Positions 1 to 12,258 of a DNA stretch of 64,000 nucleotides are shown piece by piece. The notes below the pieces were generated by a model. The model was given only the letters and a program-made list of their open reading frames with translations. It was not told where the DNA came from and did no database searches. Source of the stretch: an uncultured Spirochaetota bacterium (GTDB lineage Bacteria; Spirochaetota; UBA4802; UBA5550). Position 1 is the first letter of the stretch. Each line of letters starts with the position of its first letter. Made by a program: the position numbers and the translations under genes. The DNA lies in NCBI GenBank assembly GCA_963827275.1, contig CAWHAA010000005.1, positions 96,001 to 160,000 on the forward strand, given 5' to 3'.

Positions 1-644
1 ACCGAGATGAGCAGGAGCGCAAAGATGCCGGTGCCGTAATCCCCCGCATAGACATATCCCATACCGGGGATGATACCCAGGACCGCGGCAAGCCACGGCT
101 TTTTCTCATATATAAGCCCGGCGCGCGCCCGGTCGACCAGATCACGGTAGGCGGCGAATTCCGCGGGGGCACCCTCATTGAACAGACCGGCGGCCTCGCC
201 GTACTTTCGCCGCACCAGGCATGAGAAGAGCCTTCTTTTTTTCAGGCAGCGGTCGAGGAACGGCTCCGTGCCGGCGGGCCACGCGGCGAGCGCGGTTTCA
301 AGCCGTGCGTAGTCAGCCATTGCGATCGCCGCATCGCTTTTAAACAGCGAGTCCGACGCGGCAGCGAGCGGCCCTCCCGTGCCGGCGCCGGCGCGGAGTA
401 TGTCCGTAAACTGCCCCCCCCTGAACAGGAGATAGCGTTCGGTCACCAGGAAGGAGAGCGGTGCAAGATATTCCGGATAATAGGAACGGAGCCGTCTGAG
501 CTCCAGGAGCGCCCGGTAGTGTTCGTTTTGTGACACGAGGTGCCGGGTGAATGAGAGGATGCGGTCAGGGCTGTATTCCCCTGCGCCGGCCAGTGCGGGA
601 ACGGCAAGGACTAAAAAGATTAATGCCGGATATACTCGCTTCAC
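1..644 (-). CDS. Hypothetical exported/membrane protein (runs off the left edge)
   Basis: GTG at 644 after an AAAAGGGA RBS. Reads VKRVYPALIFLVLAVPALAG (signal-like) ... KKPWLAAVLGIIPGMGYVYAG; open to the window edge. Confidence 0.7.
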   Translation of the reverse strand, partial: MKRVYPALIFLVLAVPALAGAGEYSPDRILSFTRHLVSQNEHYRALLELRRLRSYYPEYLAPLSFLVTERYLLFRGGQFTDILRAGAGTGGPLAAASDSLFKSDAAIAMADYARLETALAAWPAGTEPFLDRCLKKRRLFSCLVRRKYGEAAGLFNEGAPAEFAAYRDLVDRARAGLIYEKKPWLAAVLGIIPGMGYVYAGDYGTGIFALLLIS

Positions 645-680
645 GCGCGTTCCCTTTTATCATGTAATGTGCGCCTTGAA

Positions 681-1991
681 TTACCGGGACCGCAGCCGCG
701 CCATCATTTTTTCCCATGATATTACGACCGGCGATGCGATATAGACGGTGGAATAGATACCGACCAGCATGCCGAAAAGCATCACGAGTGCGAAATCGGC
801 AATCCCCTCACCGCCCAGCAGGTAGAGGGCAAAGACCGTCAGCAACGTAAGGAACGAGGTGAGGATGGTCCGGGACATGGTCAGGGTGATCGATTTATTG
901 ACGACATCTATAAAGGACATCTTCGTCTGAATCTGCGTGCTCTCGCGGATGCGGTCGAATATGACGATGGTGTCGTTGACGGAGTAGCCGAATATCGTGA
1001 GGAGCGCCGCCACCACGGGGATGTTGACCTCGATCCCGGCGATGCTGCAGAACGCGATCGAGAGGATGACGTCATGGAGAACGGCGATCATGGCCCCTAC
1101 CGAGTAGCGTATTTCAAAACGGAACGCGAGATATATTCCCATCAGGATGATCGCCACCGCGATGAGCTTGAAGGCCGATTTTCTCAGGTACGCGCCGATG
1201 GCCGGGCCGACGTTATCAACTCCCAATATTTCAGTATTCTTGAAGTTCTTGATCAGCACGGACTTGATCTTTTCTGATTCATCGACAGCCACCCGGTAGA
1301 TGACATACCCCTCCTTCGCCGCATACTCCGTCCTGACGACGAGCGCGTCGAAGCCCTTGACCGCCTCCCGCACCGCGGGCTCGGCCACGGGCCTGTCAAA
1401 CAGGGCGAGGAGCGATATGCCGTTGAGGAATTCCACGTCCTCATCGCCGCTTTTTATGGTGCTCTTTATGGCATCTGCATTGTACTTCGATTTCTGTTTT
1501 TCCGCCGTTTCCTTCTTGTAGATAAGGTACTCGTTTTTTCCTTCGATCTTCCGCATCGCCGCGTCCCAGGCCGCGAGCCGGGCCGTTATCTTCTGCTCGT
1601 CGGCCGGGTTTTTCACGGCCAGCATGAGCACCTCGTCTTTCACCACCGCCATGCGGGGATATTTTTTCTTCAAGGATTCCCGGATTGTTTCGCCCGAAAC
1701 GGCGCCGGTTTCTTCATCGATCTTGGTCGTAATAATATACTCATTGCTCTCGTCTTCGCCGATCTGCTGCACCAGCGGGTTGTATTCGGCAAGGGCAGAC
1801 CTGATCCCTGACTCGTCAACGCCCTTTTCGAAGCGCGCGATTACCTTCTGGCCGCCGACGAAATCGACGCCCATTCTTAACCCGCCCTTCAAGAAAATGC
1901 CCACTATGATAAAAACCACGAACATCCCCAATGACAGTCCGTAGGCGTAATATCTATAATTTAAAAATGGAACGATCCGCTCTTCTTTCAA
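681..1991 (-). CDS. secF: Protein translocase subunit SecF with an enlarged periplasmic domain
   Basis: GVDFVGG, VGPAIG and GYSVNDTIVIFDRIRE motifs; directly downstream of secD. Confidence 0.95.
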   Translation of the reverse strand: MKEERIVPFLNYRYYAYGLSLGMFVVFIIVGIFLKGGLRMGVDFVGGQKVIARFEKGVDESGIRSALAEYNPLVQQIGEDESNEYIITTKIDEETGAVSGETIRESLKKKYPRMAVVKDEVLMLAVKNPADEQKITARLAAWDAAMRKIEGKNEYLIYKKETAEKQKSKYNADAIKSTIKSGDEDVEFLNGISLLALFDRPVAEPAVREAVKGFDALVVRTEYAAKEGYVIYRVAVDESEKIKSVLIKNFKNTEILGVDNVGPAIGAYLRKSAFKLIAVAIILMGIYLAFRFEIRYSVGAMIAVLHDVILSIAFCSIAGIEVNIPVVAALLTIFGYSVNDTIVIFDRIRESTQIQTKMSFIDVVNKSITLTMSRTILTSFLTLLTVFALYLLGGEGIADFALVMLFGMLVGIYSTVYIASPVVISWEKMMARLRSR

Positions 1992-2002
1992 CCCGAGCCC
2001 CC

Positions 2003-3670
2003 TTAAATGCTGAGCTTCTTAATTTTTTTATTCAGCGATATGAGTTCATATGTAAAGCGCGTTATATACAGCGCCACGAACATGCTTGATATAAGACCGA
2101 TGGTCAGGGTCACGGCGAAACCCTTGATGGGGCCGGTACCGAACTGCGCCAGGACAAACGCGGAAATCAGGGTCGTGAGGTTGGAGTCGAAAATGGCCCA
2201 GAAGGCCCGTTCAAAGCCGAGGCTGACCGCCATCCTGACCGACTTGCCGGCGGCGAGCTCCTCCTTCATCCGCTCGTATATGAGCACGTTCGCGTCAACC
2301 GCCATACCGACCGTCAGGATGATACCCGCGATGCCGGGAAGGGTCAGTGTGAACCCGAGCCAGGAGAGTATGGCCATCTGGAATATGGTGTTCAGGACCA
2401 GCCCGATGTCCGCTATCAGGCCGGCCAGCTTGTAATAGAGGATCATGAAAACCATGACCGCCGCGATCCCGAGGAGCGCGGCCTTGACGCCCGATTCTAT
2501 TGAATCCTGCCCGAGGGACGGGCCGACGGTCCGCTCCTCGATGATCTTCAGGTCAACAGGAAGCGCGCCCTCCTTGATGATGCGGGTAAGCGTGGTGACC
2601 TCTTCGTAGGTAAAATTGCCGTTGATCATCGCCTGGCCGCTGGTAATCTGCACGTTCAGACGCGGCGCGCTCCGCACCTTGTCATCAATGACAATGGCCA
2701 GCTTTTTCCCCCAGTTCTTCTTGGCGGTCACGTCGGCGAATTTCGTCGCCCCGTCGGCGGTCGTGGTGAAATGGACCGCGAGTCCGCCGTATTCGTCCTG
2801 GCCGATCCAGGCCTTGTTTATGTCGATACCCGCTATCGCGACTTCACGCATGAGCACGATCGGAAACTGCGCCGCGATTTTAGTCGTGTCCTTGACGCGA
2901 TCCCATTGATAGAGGACCTCGCGGTCCTTCGGGAGCTGTATCCCCTGCGTGATATCGACCAGCAGCTGATCGAGTTTCTCGGGCTCCTCCGGGAGGGCCT
3001 TCTGCTTGTAATTCTGCTGCACCCAGGCGCCCGCCTTGCTGGTATACTCATCGTCAACAAGCCGGTATTCCACCTGGCCGGTGGTACCGATGGCCTTCTT
3101 GACCGCCCTCGGGTCCTTGACGCCGGGAAGCTGGATCTCTATCGCGTCCGCCCCCCGGGGCCGGATTGAAGGCTCAGAAACGCCGAATTTGTCAATCCGG
3201 TTCCGTATCAGCTCCAGCGCCTGCTGGGTCAACTCGTTCTTTTCCTTGTCGGTAAGCTTTTTACCGTCAAGCGACTTGCTCTCTATCTTGTTGAAATCCG
3301 CCTGGAGGACCAGGTGCATGCCGCCCTGAAGGTCAAGCCCGAGGTTGATTTTTTTTGCCATGACCGCGTCTTCGGCCCAGTGCTTCTCTATCACCGCGTT
3401 CCTGACCCCGGGAAAGGTCCGGACGTCATTCATGACCGCGTCCGTGAGCCCCCCGCCGGAACCTGTAACCGACAGTACATCGCCTTTCCGTTCGAGAGCA
3501 TAGGCGGGGGCGGGGAACTTTCTTTTTAAAGCATCAACCTGTTCCGTCGTCGTTTCCCTGTCTAAGGTGATCCTCATCGTCTTTTCGCCGATCGTCGGCA
3601 GTATCAGCACGATCGCGAAGGCGATTACAAGCAGGATAAATACGAGTTTATATACCATTCCCCTGGTCAT
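2003..3670 (-). CDS. secD: Protein translocase subunit SecD
   Basis: LGLDLQGG, RIDKFGVSEP, VGPSLG and GMAVDANVLIYER motifs. Confidence 0.97.
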   Translation of the reverse strand: MTRGMVYKLVFILLVIAFAIVLILPTIGEKTMRITLDRETTTEQVDALKRKFPAPAYALERKGDVLSVTGSGGGLTDAVMNDVRTFPGVRNAVIEKHWAEDAVMAKKINLGLDLQGGMHLVLQADFNKIESKSLDGKKLTDKEKNELTQQALELIRNRIDKFGVSEPSIRPRGADAIEIQLPGVKDPRAVKKAIGTTGQVEYRLVDDEYTSKAGAWVQQNYKQKALPEEPEKLDQLLVDITQGIQLPKDREVLYQWDRVKDTTKIAAQFPIVLMREVAIAGIDINKAWIGQDEYGGLAVHFTTTADGATKFADVTAKKNWGKKLAIVIDDKVRSAPRLNVQITSGQAMINGNFTYEEVTTLTRIIKEGALPVDLKIIEERTVGPSLGQDSIESGVKAALLGIAAVMVFMILYYKLAGLIADIGLVLNTIFQMAILSWLGFTLTLPGIAGIILTVGMAVDANVLIYERMKEELAAGKSVRMAVSLGFERAFWAIFDSNLTTLISAFVLAQFGTGPIKGFAVTLTIGLISSMFVALYITRFTYELISLNKKIKKLSI

Positions 3671-3689
3671 GCAAGTCCCCTGAATCTGA

Positions 3690-4325
3690 TTATCGTTTCG
3701 TTATGGTTCTAACGGTGTTACGCCTTGTTTTCTTCGATCTCGTCTTGGAGTATACGGCGAAGAGGATGAAGATGAATACGACGATAGCCCACCCGGCGAT
3801 GGTCTTTGTTTTCTTGCCGAAAATCCCCCCGCTCTTTTCTTTCTCCTTCGTCTCCCCGGTGATACTGTCATCCGGCACTTTCACCAGGCCCTCGCCCGCA
3901 TCTTCCTTCTTGAGGGTTATACCGGGAATGCGGTTATACGTAATCCCCTCGTGATCGATCATGAGAAGGCTATCGCCGCTTTCACGGTCGATGTCCGCGC
4001 CCGCCGCTTCTTCCCGCACGGGCTCTTCCTTCTTTTCCTCGGTCTTTCTCTCGGGCTGTTTCCTGGTCTCCTTTCTCTTGCGCTCGGTCTTCTTCCTGGA
4101 CTCGATAGCGGCCCCTTCGGTCTCGCTTTTGTTCACGGCCGAATCGGCGTCCGACCGGGTCCCGGTGACCCCGGTATCCGCATCGACCTTCTCTCCCTCG
4201 GTTTTTTCAATGGCCGGGGCGGTACCCGATCCTGCGTCCGTGCCGCTCTCCTGTGCCGCGGCCCCGAGAGACAGGACAACCGGCACAAGCAGGGCCATCA
4301 TAAGATAGAGTAGGGTTTTTTTCAT
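3690..4325 (-). CDS. Signal-peptide protein with a charged low-complexity region and C-terminal TM anchor, between yajC and secD
   Basis: ATG 4325 (MKKTLLYLMMALLV...), E/K-rich middle, C-terminal TM segment followed by a basic tail. Confidence 0.75.
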   Translation of the reverse strand: MKKTLLYLMMALLVPVVLSLGAAAQESGTDAGSGTAPAIEKTEGEKVDADTGVTGTRSDADSAVNKSETEGAAIESRKKTERKRKETRKQPERKTEEKKEEPVREEAAGADIDRESGDSLLMIDHEGITYNRIPGITLKKEDAGEGLVKVPDDSITGETKEKEKSGGIFGKKTKTIAGWAIVVFIFILFAVYSKTRSKKTRRNTVRTITKR

Positions 4326-4344
4326 AATTGGATTATCTGTTGAA

Positions 4345-4674
4345 TCACGCCTTGTTTTGTATCGCGCTCTTTGCAAATTCGATTTTCGTGTTTCCGGATA
4401 CTTTTATAACGACAATGTCGTCCTTGATGCTTTCGATGACGCCATACATGCCGCCTGCCGTCATGACCCTGTCGCCTTTTTGCAGGGCGGATATCATCGC
4501 GATCCTTTCTTTTTCCTTTTTCTTTTGCGGACGGATCAGAAGAAAATAGAATATGACGATAGTGGCAACCATGAGTATCATGAAGCTGTAGTTCCCCAGA
4601 GCGCCCTGTATCCCCTGGCCTCCGGCCGGGGCGGCTTCCTGGGCTGCATATGCGATAGTTGTTAATTGTAACAC
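4345..4674 (-). CDS. yajC: Preprotein translocase subunit YajC
   Basis: FYFLLIRPQKK...LQKGDRVMTAGGMYG; GTG start after an AGGAGG-like RBS. Confidence 0.95.
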   Translation of the reverse strand: MLQLTTIAYAAQEAAPAGGQGIQGALGNYSFMILMVATIVIFYFLLIRPQKKKEKERIAMISALQKGDRVMTAGGMYGVIESIKDDIVVIKVSGNTKIEFAKSAIQNKA

Positions 4675-4763
4675 GGGTGTGTCCTCCCTTAAAAAAATCA
4701 CCGACAGTATTCATCCGCGGTGGGTATATTGTCAACTTAAAAAAGGCCGATTCGCGACGGCTG

Positions 4764-5450
4764 TTAATCCGCCGAGATTATTACCGGCGTCCCCAGCCTG
4801 ATGTACTGCTCAAATTCAACGATATCGCGGTTATACATGCGTATGCACCCGTTGGACGACAGGTGTCCCACGGACTTTTCGTCGTTGTTGCCGTGGATGG
4901 CGATGCCATACCCGATACCGGGCGTCTTCCCGTCCTGCCGGGGCAGCAGCCCCTTCCGGTACGCCGTGCGGTACCGCTTCCGGTCCTCGGCGTTCGGATA
5001 ATCAAGGCCGAAATAGCGGGGCCCGTAGGCATTGTCCCCGAGGTCCACCCCGGGTTCCCCGAACCTGCAGTGCCCGTCCCTGGCGCGGAAATATTTCTTG
5101 TTAATGTCCCGGAGCGTCCTGTACGCGTCAGATTTTTTATCGGCGTCCATGCTCAAAATTTCATTGACGGCGTACACGCCCTCGGGCGTGCGGTTGTCGC
5201 CTTCGTGGAGTTTTGCCTTCATGTCGGGATTTGACCCGTAGCCGATGACGTAGCCCGCCACGATCTCCATCCGCCGGTTGAAGACTTCCATGCGGAATTC
5301 TTTTTACTCACGAAGACCACGTATGGCCCGGGGAACGACCGGAAGGCCCTGCGGACGCGGTCTTCCTTGCTGACGCAGGCCGGCTGGGCCGCTATCGCGA
5401 CGCAGAACAACAGCGCGCAGCATTCTTCCTGCCTGATACCGCCCCCTCAC
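4764..5450 (-). CDS. L,D-transpeptidase (YkuD family), frameshifted near 5300; start approximate
   Basis: EGDNRTPEG and IAIHG...SNGCIRM motifs. The N-terminal lipoprotein-like part lies in another frame (5219-5410). Confidence 0.85.
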
Positions 5451-5940
5451 CGCGCTTCGGGGGAATTTCTTTCATCGAGCCGCATGATCTCACGGAGGAC
5501 GTCCTCGGTGACATCGAACTCTTTTTTGGCGTATAGAAGATCATCGCCGACATTGCAGATGAAATCGACATTCATGCTCTTGGCGAGGTTTTTCAGCGGC
5601 CCTGTCGATCTGCGTGAGGATCTTGCCCTTGTAGTACCTGCTCTTGCCCTTCAACGACCTGACCTCGGCCGATATCGCCCTGTATTCATCAAGCAGGGCC
5701 ACGTGGTCGGTGGCGGGATTATCGAGCTCGCGTTCGATCTCTTTCATCCGCCCGATTTTCACATCGAGCGCTTTCTTCACGTCAAGCGCATCGCGGTTCT
5801 TGCTGAGGACATAATTGTACACCGCCTTCAGGTTCATGTAGCGGATGACCGGCGGCACGGGCTCGCCCTTTTTCTTGAAATACGAGCAGGAAGGAACGAG
5901 CACCAGGGCGGCGGCCAGCATGACGGGGAGCGTAACGCAT
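5447..5940 (-). CDS. OmpH/Skp-family periplasmic chaperone, frameshifted; ends approximate
   Basis: Directly downstream of bamA, coiled-coil middle. The C-terminal DDLLYAKKEFDVTEDVL lies in a shifted frame. Confidence 0.7.
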
Positions 5941-8558
5941 CAGAACCTCATGTCTCCAATGGCGAACTGGAAGGTAAGTCCGCCGACGCTCTTGAACTTG
6001 CCGTCGTAGATCAGCTTCCTGCCGAACCAGAACCGGAGGGGCATCATGGGGATCTGGATCCTGAAGCCGAAACCGTATGAGTACTTGAAATACTTGAGAA
6101 TGTTCTCCTTGCCGAAATCCTGTATGTGGAGCAGGTCCTTGGTCACGAGGTCCTGCGCTACGATGTCTCAGGTTGTCCCTCGACAGCTGCCTCTCCCAGA
6201 AGGGATCGGACCAGAGGGACCCGGCATCGAAGAAGACCGCGAACCAGAGCATCTGCGGATGAATGGGCACGCGGAATTCCACGCCGTAGAGGATCCGGTG
6301 GAAGAGACCGACGTTCTGCCACGATTCGGGAAATTTTTTATCGTAATAGTCCCAGCCCCGCAGGGTCTCGGGACCGCCGATATTGAGCCTGTCTTCAGGC
6401 TCGAGCCACGGGTCCTTGAGGTCAGACTCGCCGGCGGTGAGATAGTACACCAGGCGAATGCCGCGGCTGCTTCCGGTTCACGGCGCCCGAACCGAACGGC
6501 TTGACGATAAAGGAGCCGCTCGCGCGCAACTCGAACACGCAGGGGTGGCTTTTCAGGAACGGCAGGTGGAATGGTGAAAAATATATGCTGAACTCCGGGT
6601 TTATCTTGATATAGTGGTCGGAACCGCCCAGGACGTTGCCGCCGGTAAAGTTCGTGGAAATGTCAATCAACGCGCCCTTGGTCGGGTTCAGGTAATTGTC
6701 GCGCGAATCGTGCGAAAGGAACACGGTGACGGAACGCTTCTGCTGGTAACCCAGCCCGGCGGAGTAGTAGACATCTTCCGAGCTGTTGCCGGACGGGTCT
6801 TTCACCTTGGTGAAGGCGTGCGACCATGACGCGCCTATGGTATGATAGTCAAGAAACCGGTAGCTCAGCCCGAGGGCGTACCCGATCGCTTCGCGCTTGT
6901 AATTGGCCTCATCCTGGTTCCCGGTCAATGCGTTCGCGGCGAGGCTGCTGAACACCGTCTGGTTCGACTTCACGTTGTAGAGGTTGTAAAATATCGACGT
7001 GTTGAGCCCGATCGGCTGGTTGAAGAGCCACCGCTCGTTGAAGGAGATGCGAAATCGATGTCCGCTCCGGCCCGTATTCGAACCGGACCCCCACCCGCTG
7101 GCCGTTCCCCAGCAGGTTGTTTTCGGCCACGTCGGCGAAGATGGAAAAACCGGAGGTGGTGCCGTAGCCGCCGCCCAGGGAGATGGTGCCGGTGGGCTGC
7201 TCCTCGACATCGACGATCAGGTTCATGTACCCTTCCCTGCTTCCGGGACGTACATCGATATTCACCTGTTTGAAAAATCCCAGGTTGTACACCTTTTCAC
7301 GGGAAAGCTGCAGTTTCCGTGAATCAAAGAGCTCTCCTTCCTTGATCACGATCTCGCGGCGGATGACCTTGTCCTTGGTCTTCTTGTTGCCCTTGATGAT
7401 AATCATATCGACATAGGCCTGCGAGCCCTCCTCGATGACGAACTCAACGGCCACGAATTTTCTTTTGACTTTTTTCCCTTTAACGACCACCTCGCGCTCG
7501 TTCAACGGCGCGCTCGGGCACCACGCGGGCGAAGATATACCCCTTCGATGCGTACTTGAAGCTGATGGACTGGCGGTCAATCTGGAAGGTGGTGTCGTTA
7601 AAAACGGCGCCGTTTTTGGTCTGCTCGAAATCCTTCATCAACTCTTTGGGCCTGAAGACGGTCTTGCCCTCGTTTCCGTCGATGCGGACCGAGTATTTGT
7701 CGAAATAATAGATATCGCCCTCGCTCACCTTGAGGGTGATGAAGATCCCCCGCTTCTCCTTCTTCTCCGGGATTGACCCATTCGTATTCGATGTTTTCGT
7801 CGATGATCTGCGCGTCCAGGTACCCGTTCTGGCGGTAATACGCGAGCAGCTTCGCCTTGTCCTGCTCCCATGCGTCCCGCTTGAAGTCGCCGTCCTTGAA
7901 CAGGCCCTTTTCCGCGGTCTCCATCACCGAGAGGAGCTCCTTGGTGCCTATCTTCTTCGCGCCGAGGATGGCGAGCTTCCGCACCTTGATCTCCTCGCCC
8001 TCGTCCACGGTGAAGATGACCCTGACGGCATTGTCCGCGTCGCTCCTGACAGGCTTTACCTCGTAGCGGACTACGGCGTTGAAGAGTCCCTCGTCGTCAT
8101 ACTTTTTCTTGACGGCGTTGACGCTCTTCTCGAGGTAGTCCTTCCGGATGATTCCGCCCTCCTTGATCGGGATGGCCGTGAGAAGGTCGGATTCCGAGAT
8201 CTCGTCGAGTTCCCTTGAACTTGATCTCTTTGACCACCGGCCGTTCCCTGCAGACGAACTTCAGGCGAACGCCCCCCTCCTGCTCCTCTATCTCGACGGT
8301 GATGCTCTCGAATTTTCCCTTTTTGAATATCTTCTTGATGTCCTCGCGTATTTCCTGCGCCTTCAGCGGGTAGTTGACCGTGGTTTTTATGACATAGAGA
8401 AGATCGTCTTCATTGGTGTTTTTCAGTCCCTCGAAAATTATTTTTTTCACCGTTTTCCCTTCGTACTTCGAGGACTGCGAATAGAGCAGCGGGAACGCAA
8501 AGAGGATCACTAACGATATGGTTGCTATAAATAGTCTTCTCATGCGTATCCTGTTCAT
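5940..8558 (-). CDS. bamA: Outer membrane protein assembly factor BamA, split by several frameshifts
   Basis: POTRA fragments (IKGNKKTKDKVIRRE, LGFFKQV), barrel fragments (HDSRDNYLNPTKG, IGGPETLRGW, YGFGFRIQIPMMPLRF) and a terminal Phe, spread over ORFs 8097-8558 through 5940-6146. Confidence 0.93.
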
Positions 8559-8728
8559 CCGGCGGCGGAACCCGGCCGGATGCCTTGTATGCTTCCGGAT
8601 GGTTGAAGTGCACAGTTATTACGACGTTCGGTTTTATGTCAAGAATATATACGGTCGGCCGACACTTTCAGGCACAACATCATCCTTTATGTGTCAATCA
8701 CGATTTATTGGTTACAAAAAGATACGGC

Positions 8729-10250
8729 TCACAGCACGATCCTCAGGCCGCCGATGACCGTACGGCCCGGCTCGGGGTATCCCGCCACGGTGCTGTAGCG
8801 GGTGTTGTAGATATTATCGATCCGCCCGTACAGGAAAAAAGAATCCAGTACCCGGAACTGAAGCGAGAGCGAACCGGTCAGCACCGGCCCCATGGTGACA
8901 CGGCAAACGGGGACACCGGCACCCGGTGCCGGTACGATGTGCTGAATTCGGTCTCAAAGCGCCACACGCTCAAGCGCAGGTAACCGTTCGCCGATATGCC
9001 GCGGCTGGTAGGTCACGTAGTCGCTCGCATAATACCTGACGAACTCGTACCTGCCGCCCAGCTCGCAGTAGCCGGAATAGAGCGCGAAGCCGAGGGCGGC
9101 CTCGCAGCGGGCCCTGAGCTGCCGCATCTTCATCTGGTGGTGCGTCAGCACCTGCTCGGGAAGCGAAAAGAAGGAATAATAGCGGTCATTGGTCAGGAAG
9201 ATGCCGGTCGCTTTCACCTTTATCTTTTTCACATAAAAATCCCCGTCGCCTGTCCGGGAGTAATCAACGCCCATGTTCAGGTCGGCATGGTGGCCCTTCC
9301 CGGGGTCGAGGCTGTAATCGGGCTTCACGTACCTCTGTCCCGAATAGTAGGTCCTCCGGAGCGAAGGGGACAAGCTCGTAGAGATAGGACGCATTGGCCG
9401 AAAAATACTTTATGTTCATGGTTGCGACATCGATCTTTCCCGAAACAAAATGGCCCCCGTCCCGGTTATAGGTGTACAACGGCCCCAGCCCGAACTTGAG
9501 ATACTCCGACACGTTGAAATGCCAGATGAGCTCATTGGCGACCCAGATGTCGTAATCGGCCTTCGCCGAGTAAAAGTAACGGGCGAATTTCGAGGTGAAG
9601 CTCAGGCTGTTGGCGGCCGACCATATATACTGCCAGCCGATCTCCGCGTTCACCTTGTAAAAATCGCCCGAGTGGTACGGACGAACGGTCATGATATCCG
9701 GAAAGAGCGATGATTCAAAGCGGTGCAGGAAGTACACGCCGCCGAGGCTCGCGGTCCAGCGCGTCGGCATCGGCCTGTAATCGCTCTTCAGCTTCAGGGA
9801 GACGCGGTCTTTTTCCTCCCTGCTGTAAAAAGGATTCCGGAACATGCCGTGCGAATCGTTTTTTATCTCGACCTCGGGCGTGATTTTCCATTTCTGAGTG
9901 GCATCGGCTTCGCCGGTGAATCCGATCTCGTTCACGTAATAGCTTGAGTTCTTATACCCGAAATCGCCTGACCGGTTGAAGTCGGATTTCAGCTGGTAGG
10001 TAAAAACATCAAAACTCTGGGTCAGGCTCCCTGACCAGAAAATGCGGTTGTACAGGCCATAGAGCGCGAGGACATCGACATTTACATTGCGGCCCTCCGG
10101 CGCCGCCGCTCCGTTATCAGCGGCCGGGGGAGACGCCTTTTCTTTCACCCCTGCTCCCGCTCCCGCAGTCCCCGCGTCCTGCGCGAACACGAGGACGGGC
10201 AAAGCCATGAACAGAACGCACGCTATCAACGCCGCTTTTCTCATTGCCAC
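8729..10250 (-). CDS. Outer-membrane beta-barrel protein (TonB-dependent-receptor-like C-terminus), frameshifted
   Basis: Signal peptide and aromatic amphipathic strands in 9264-10250 and 8954-9394. A further frame ends GRIDNIYNTRYSTVAGYPEPGRTVIGGLRIVL-stop at 8729. Confidence 0.7.
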
Positions 10251-10322
10251 TCACCATGCTTCGATTCTTGTTTTGCGCGGTCCCGGCCAGCGGCAGGGAC
10301 GCGCCGGGCGGCAGAGCCCCGT

Positions 10323-10463
10323 TCAGCATTCCTTCCGGCGGAGCATGACCCCGCACATTCTGCACTTGCATGTTTCCTGGGGTATGCCCGCGTCAACAAA
10401 GACCTTCAATTCGTATCCGCACGAACAGTGGTACCGGTAGGTTTTGATCCTGATCTCACCCAT
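10323..10463 (-). CDS. Small zinc-ribbon-like protein (46 aa)
   Basis: MGEIRIKTYRYHCSCGYE...CKCRMCG with two Cys clusters; GAGGA upstream. Confidence 0.55.
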   Translation of the reverse strand: MGEIRIKTYRYHCSCGYELKVFVDAGIPQETCKCRMCGVMLRRKEC

Positions 10464-10556
10464 GACAACGATCCTCGTACTGCAGTGGTTTTCTATAAAA
10501 CACTTCCTGCCATCATTATCGGCCCGCCGGCCGTCCCGCCGTACCATTATATGAAA

Positions 10557-10588
10557 AAATAGCCATATAGTGTACCATATGGCTATTT
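10557..10588 (-). terminator. Intrinsic terminator after metK
   Basis: AAATAGCCATAT-8nt-ATATGGCTATTT inverted repeat followed by a T-run on the minus strand. Confidence 0.75.
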
Positions 10589-10613
10589 GTATTCAGCGTG
10601 TATGTACCGAAGG

Positions 10614-11772
<1,159 letters not shown>

Positions 11773-11885
11773 TTAAACTCTCCTCTATGTTTATTTCGCG
11801 GGTACTTGCCGGCATTGCATGGCCGGGCCCGCGATCAGGTATATCCACGGTGAGCCGGCCGCGATGCGGCGGTGCCCCCGGTGCG

Positions 11886-12242
11886 CTATTTTTTCTGTTC
11901 CGGGACCGCCGCGTCTTTTTTCTCCTGCTGGTCCTGGACGGCCTTTCCGTTCTCGATCATCCCCCTGGAGGTGCCCTCCGTATTCAGGAGGTCCTTTTTC
12001 AGGCTGTCAATCCTGCTCGACTCAAGCGTCGCCAGCCCCAGCGAGCCCAGCATGAAGAGGGCAATCATGACGCCGGTAGCCTTGGTGATCACGTCCGCCG
12101 TCGATGAGCCGAAGGCCGACTGGCTTGACCCGCCCAGGATGCCCATGCCCGCTCTCTTGTCCGACTGGAGGAGGATCAGCACCACCAGGAGGACGCACAG
12201 GAGCATGAAGATAACGGATACTATTGTGATGATGATTCCCAT
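11886..12242 (-). CDS. secG: Preprotein translocase subunit SecG
   Basis: Two TM segments, LILLQ...GG...FGS motif, downstream of tpiA. Confidence 0.92.
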   Translation of the reverse strand: MGIIITIVSVIFMLLCVLLVVLILLQSDKRAGMGILGGSSQSAFGSSTADVITKATGVMIALFMLGSLGLATLESSRIDSLKKDLLNTEGTSRGMIENGKAVQDQQEKKDAAVPEQKK

Positions 12243-12258
12243 ATAGCCTCTCTCAATG

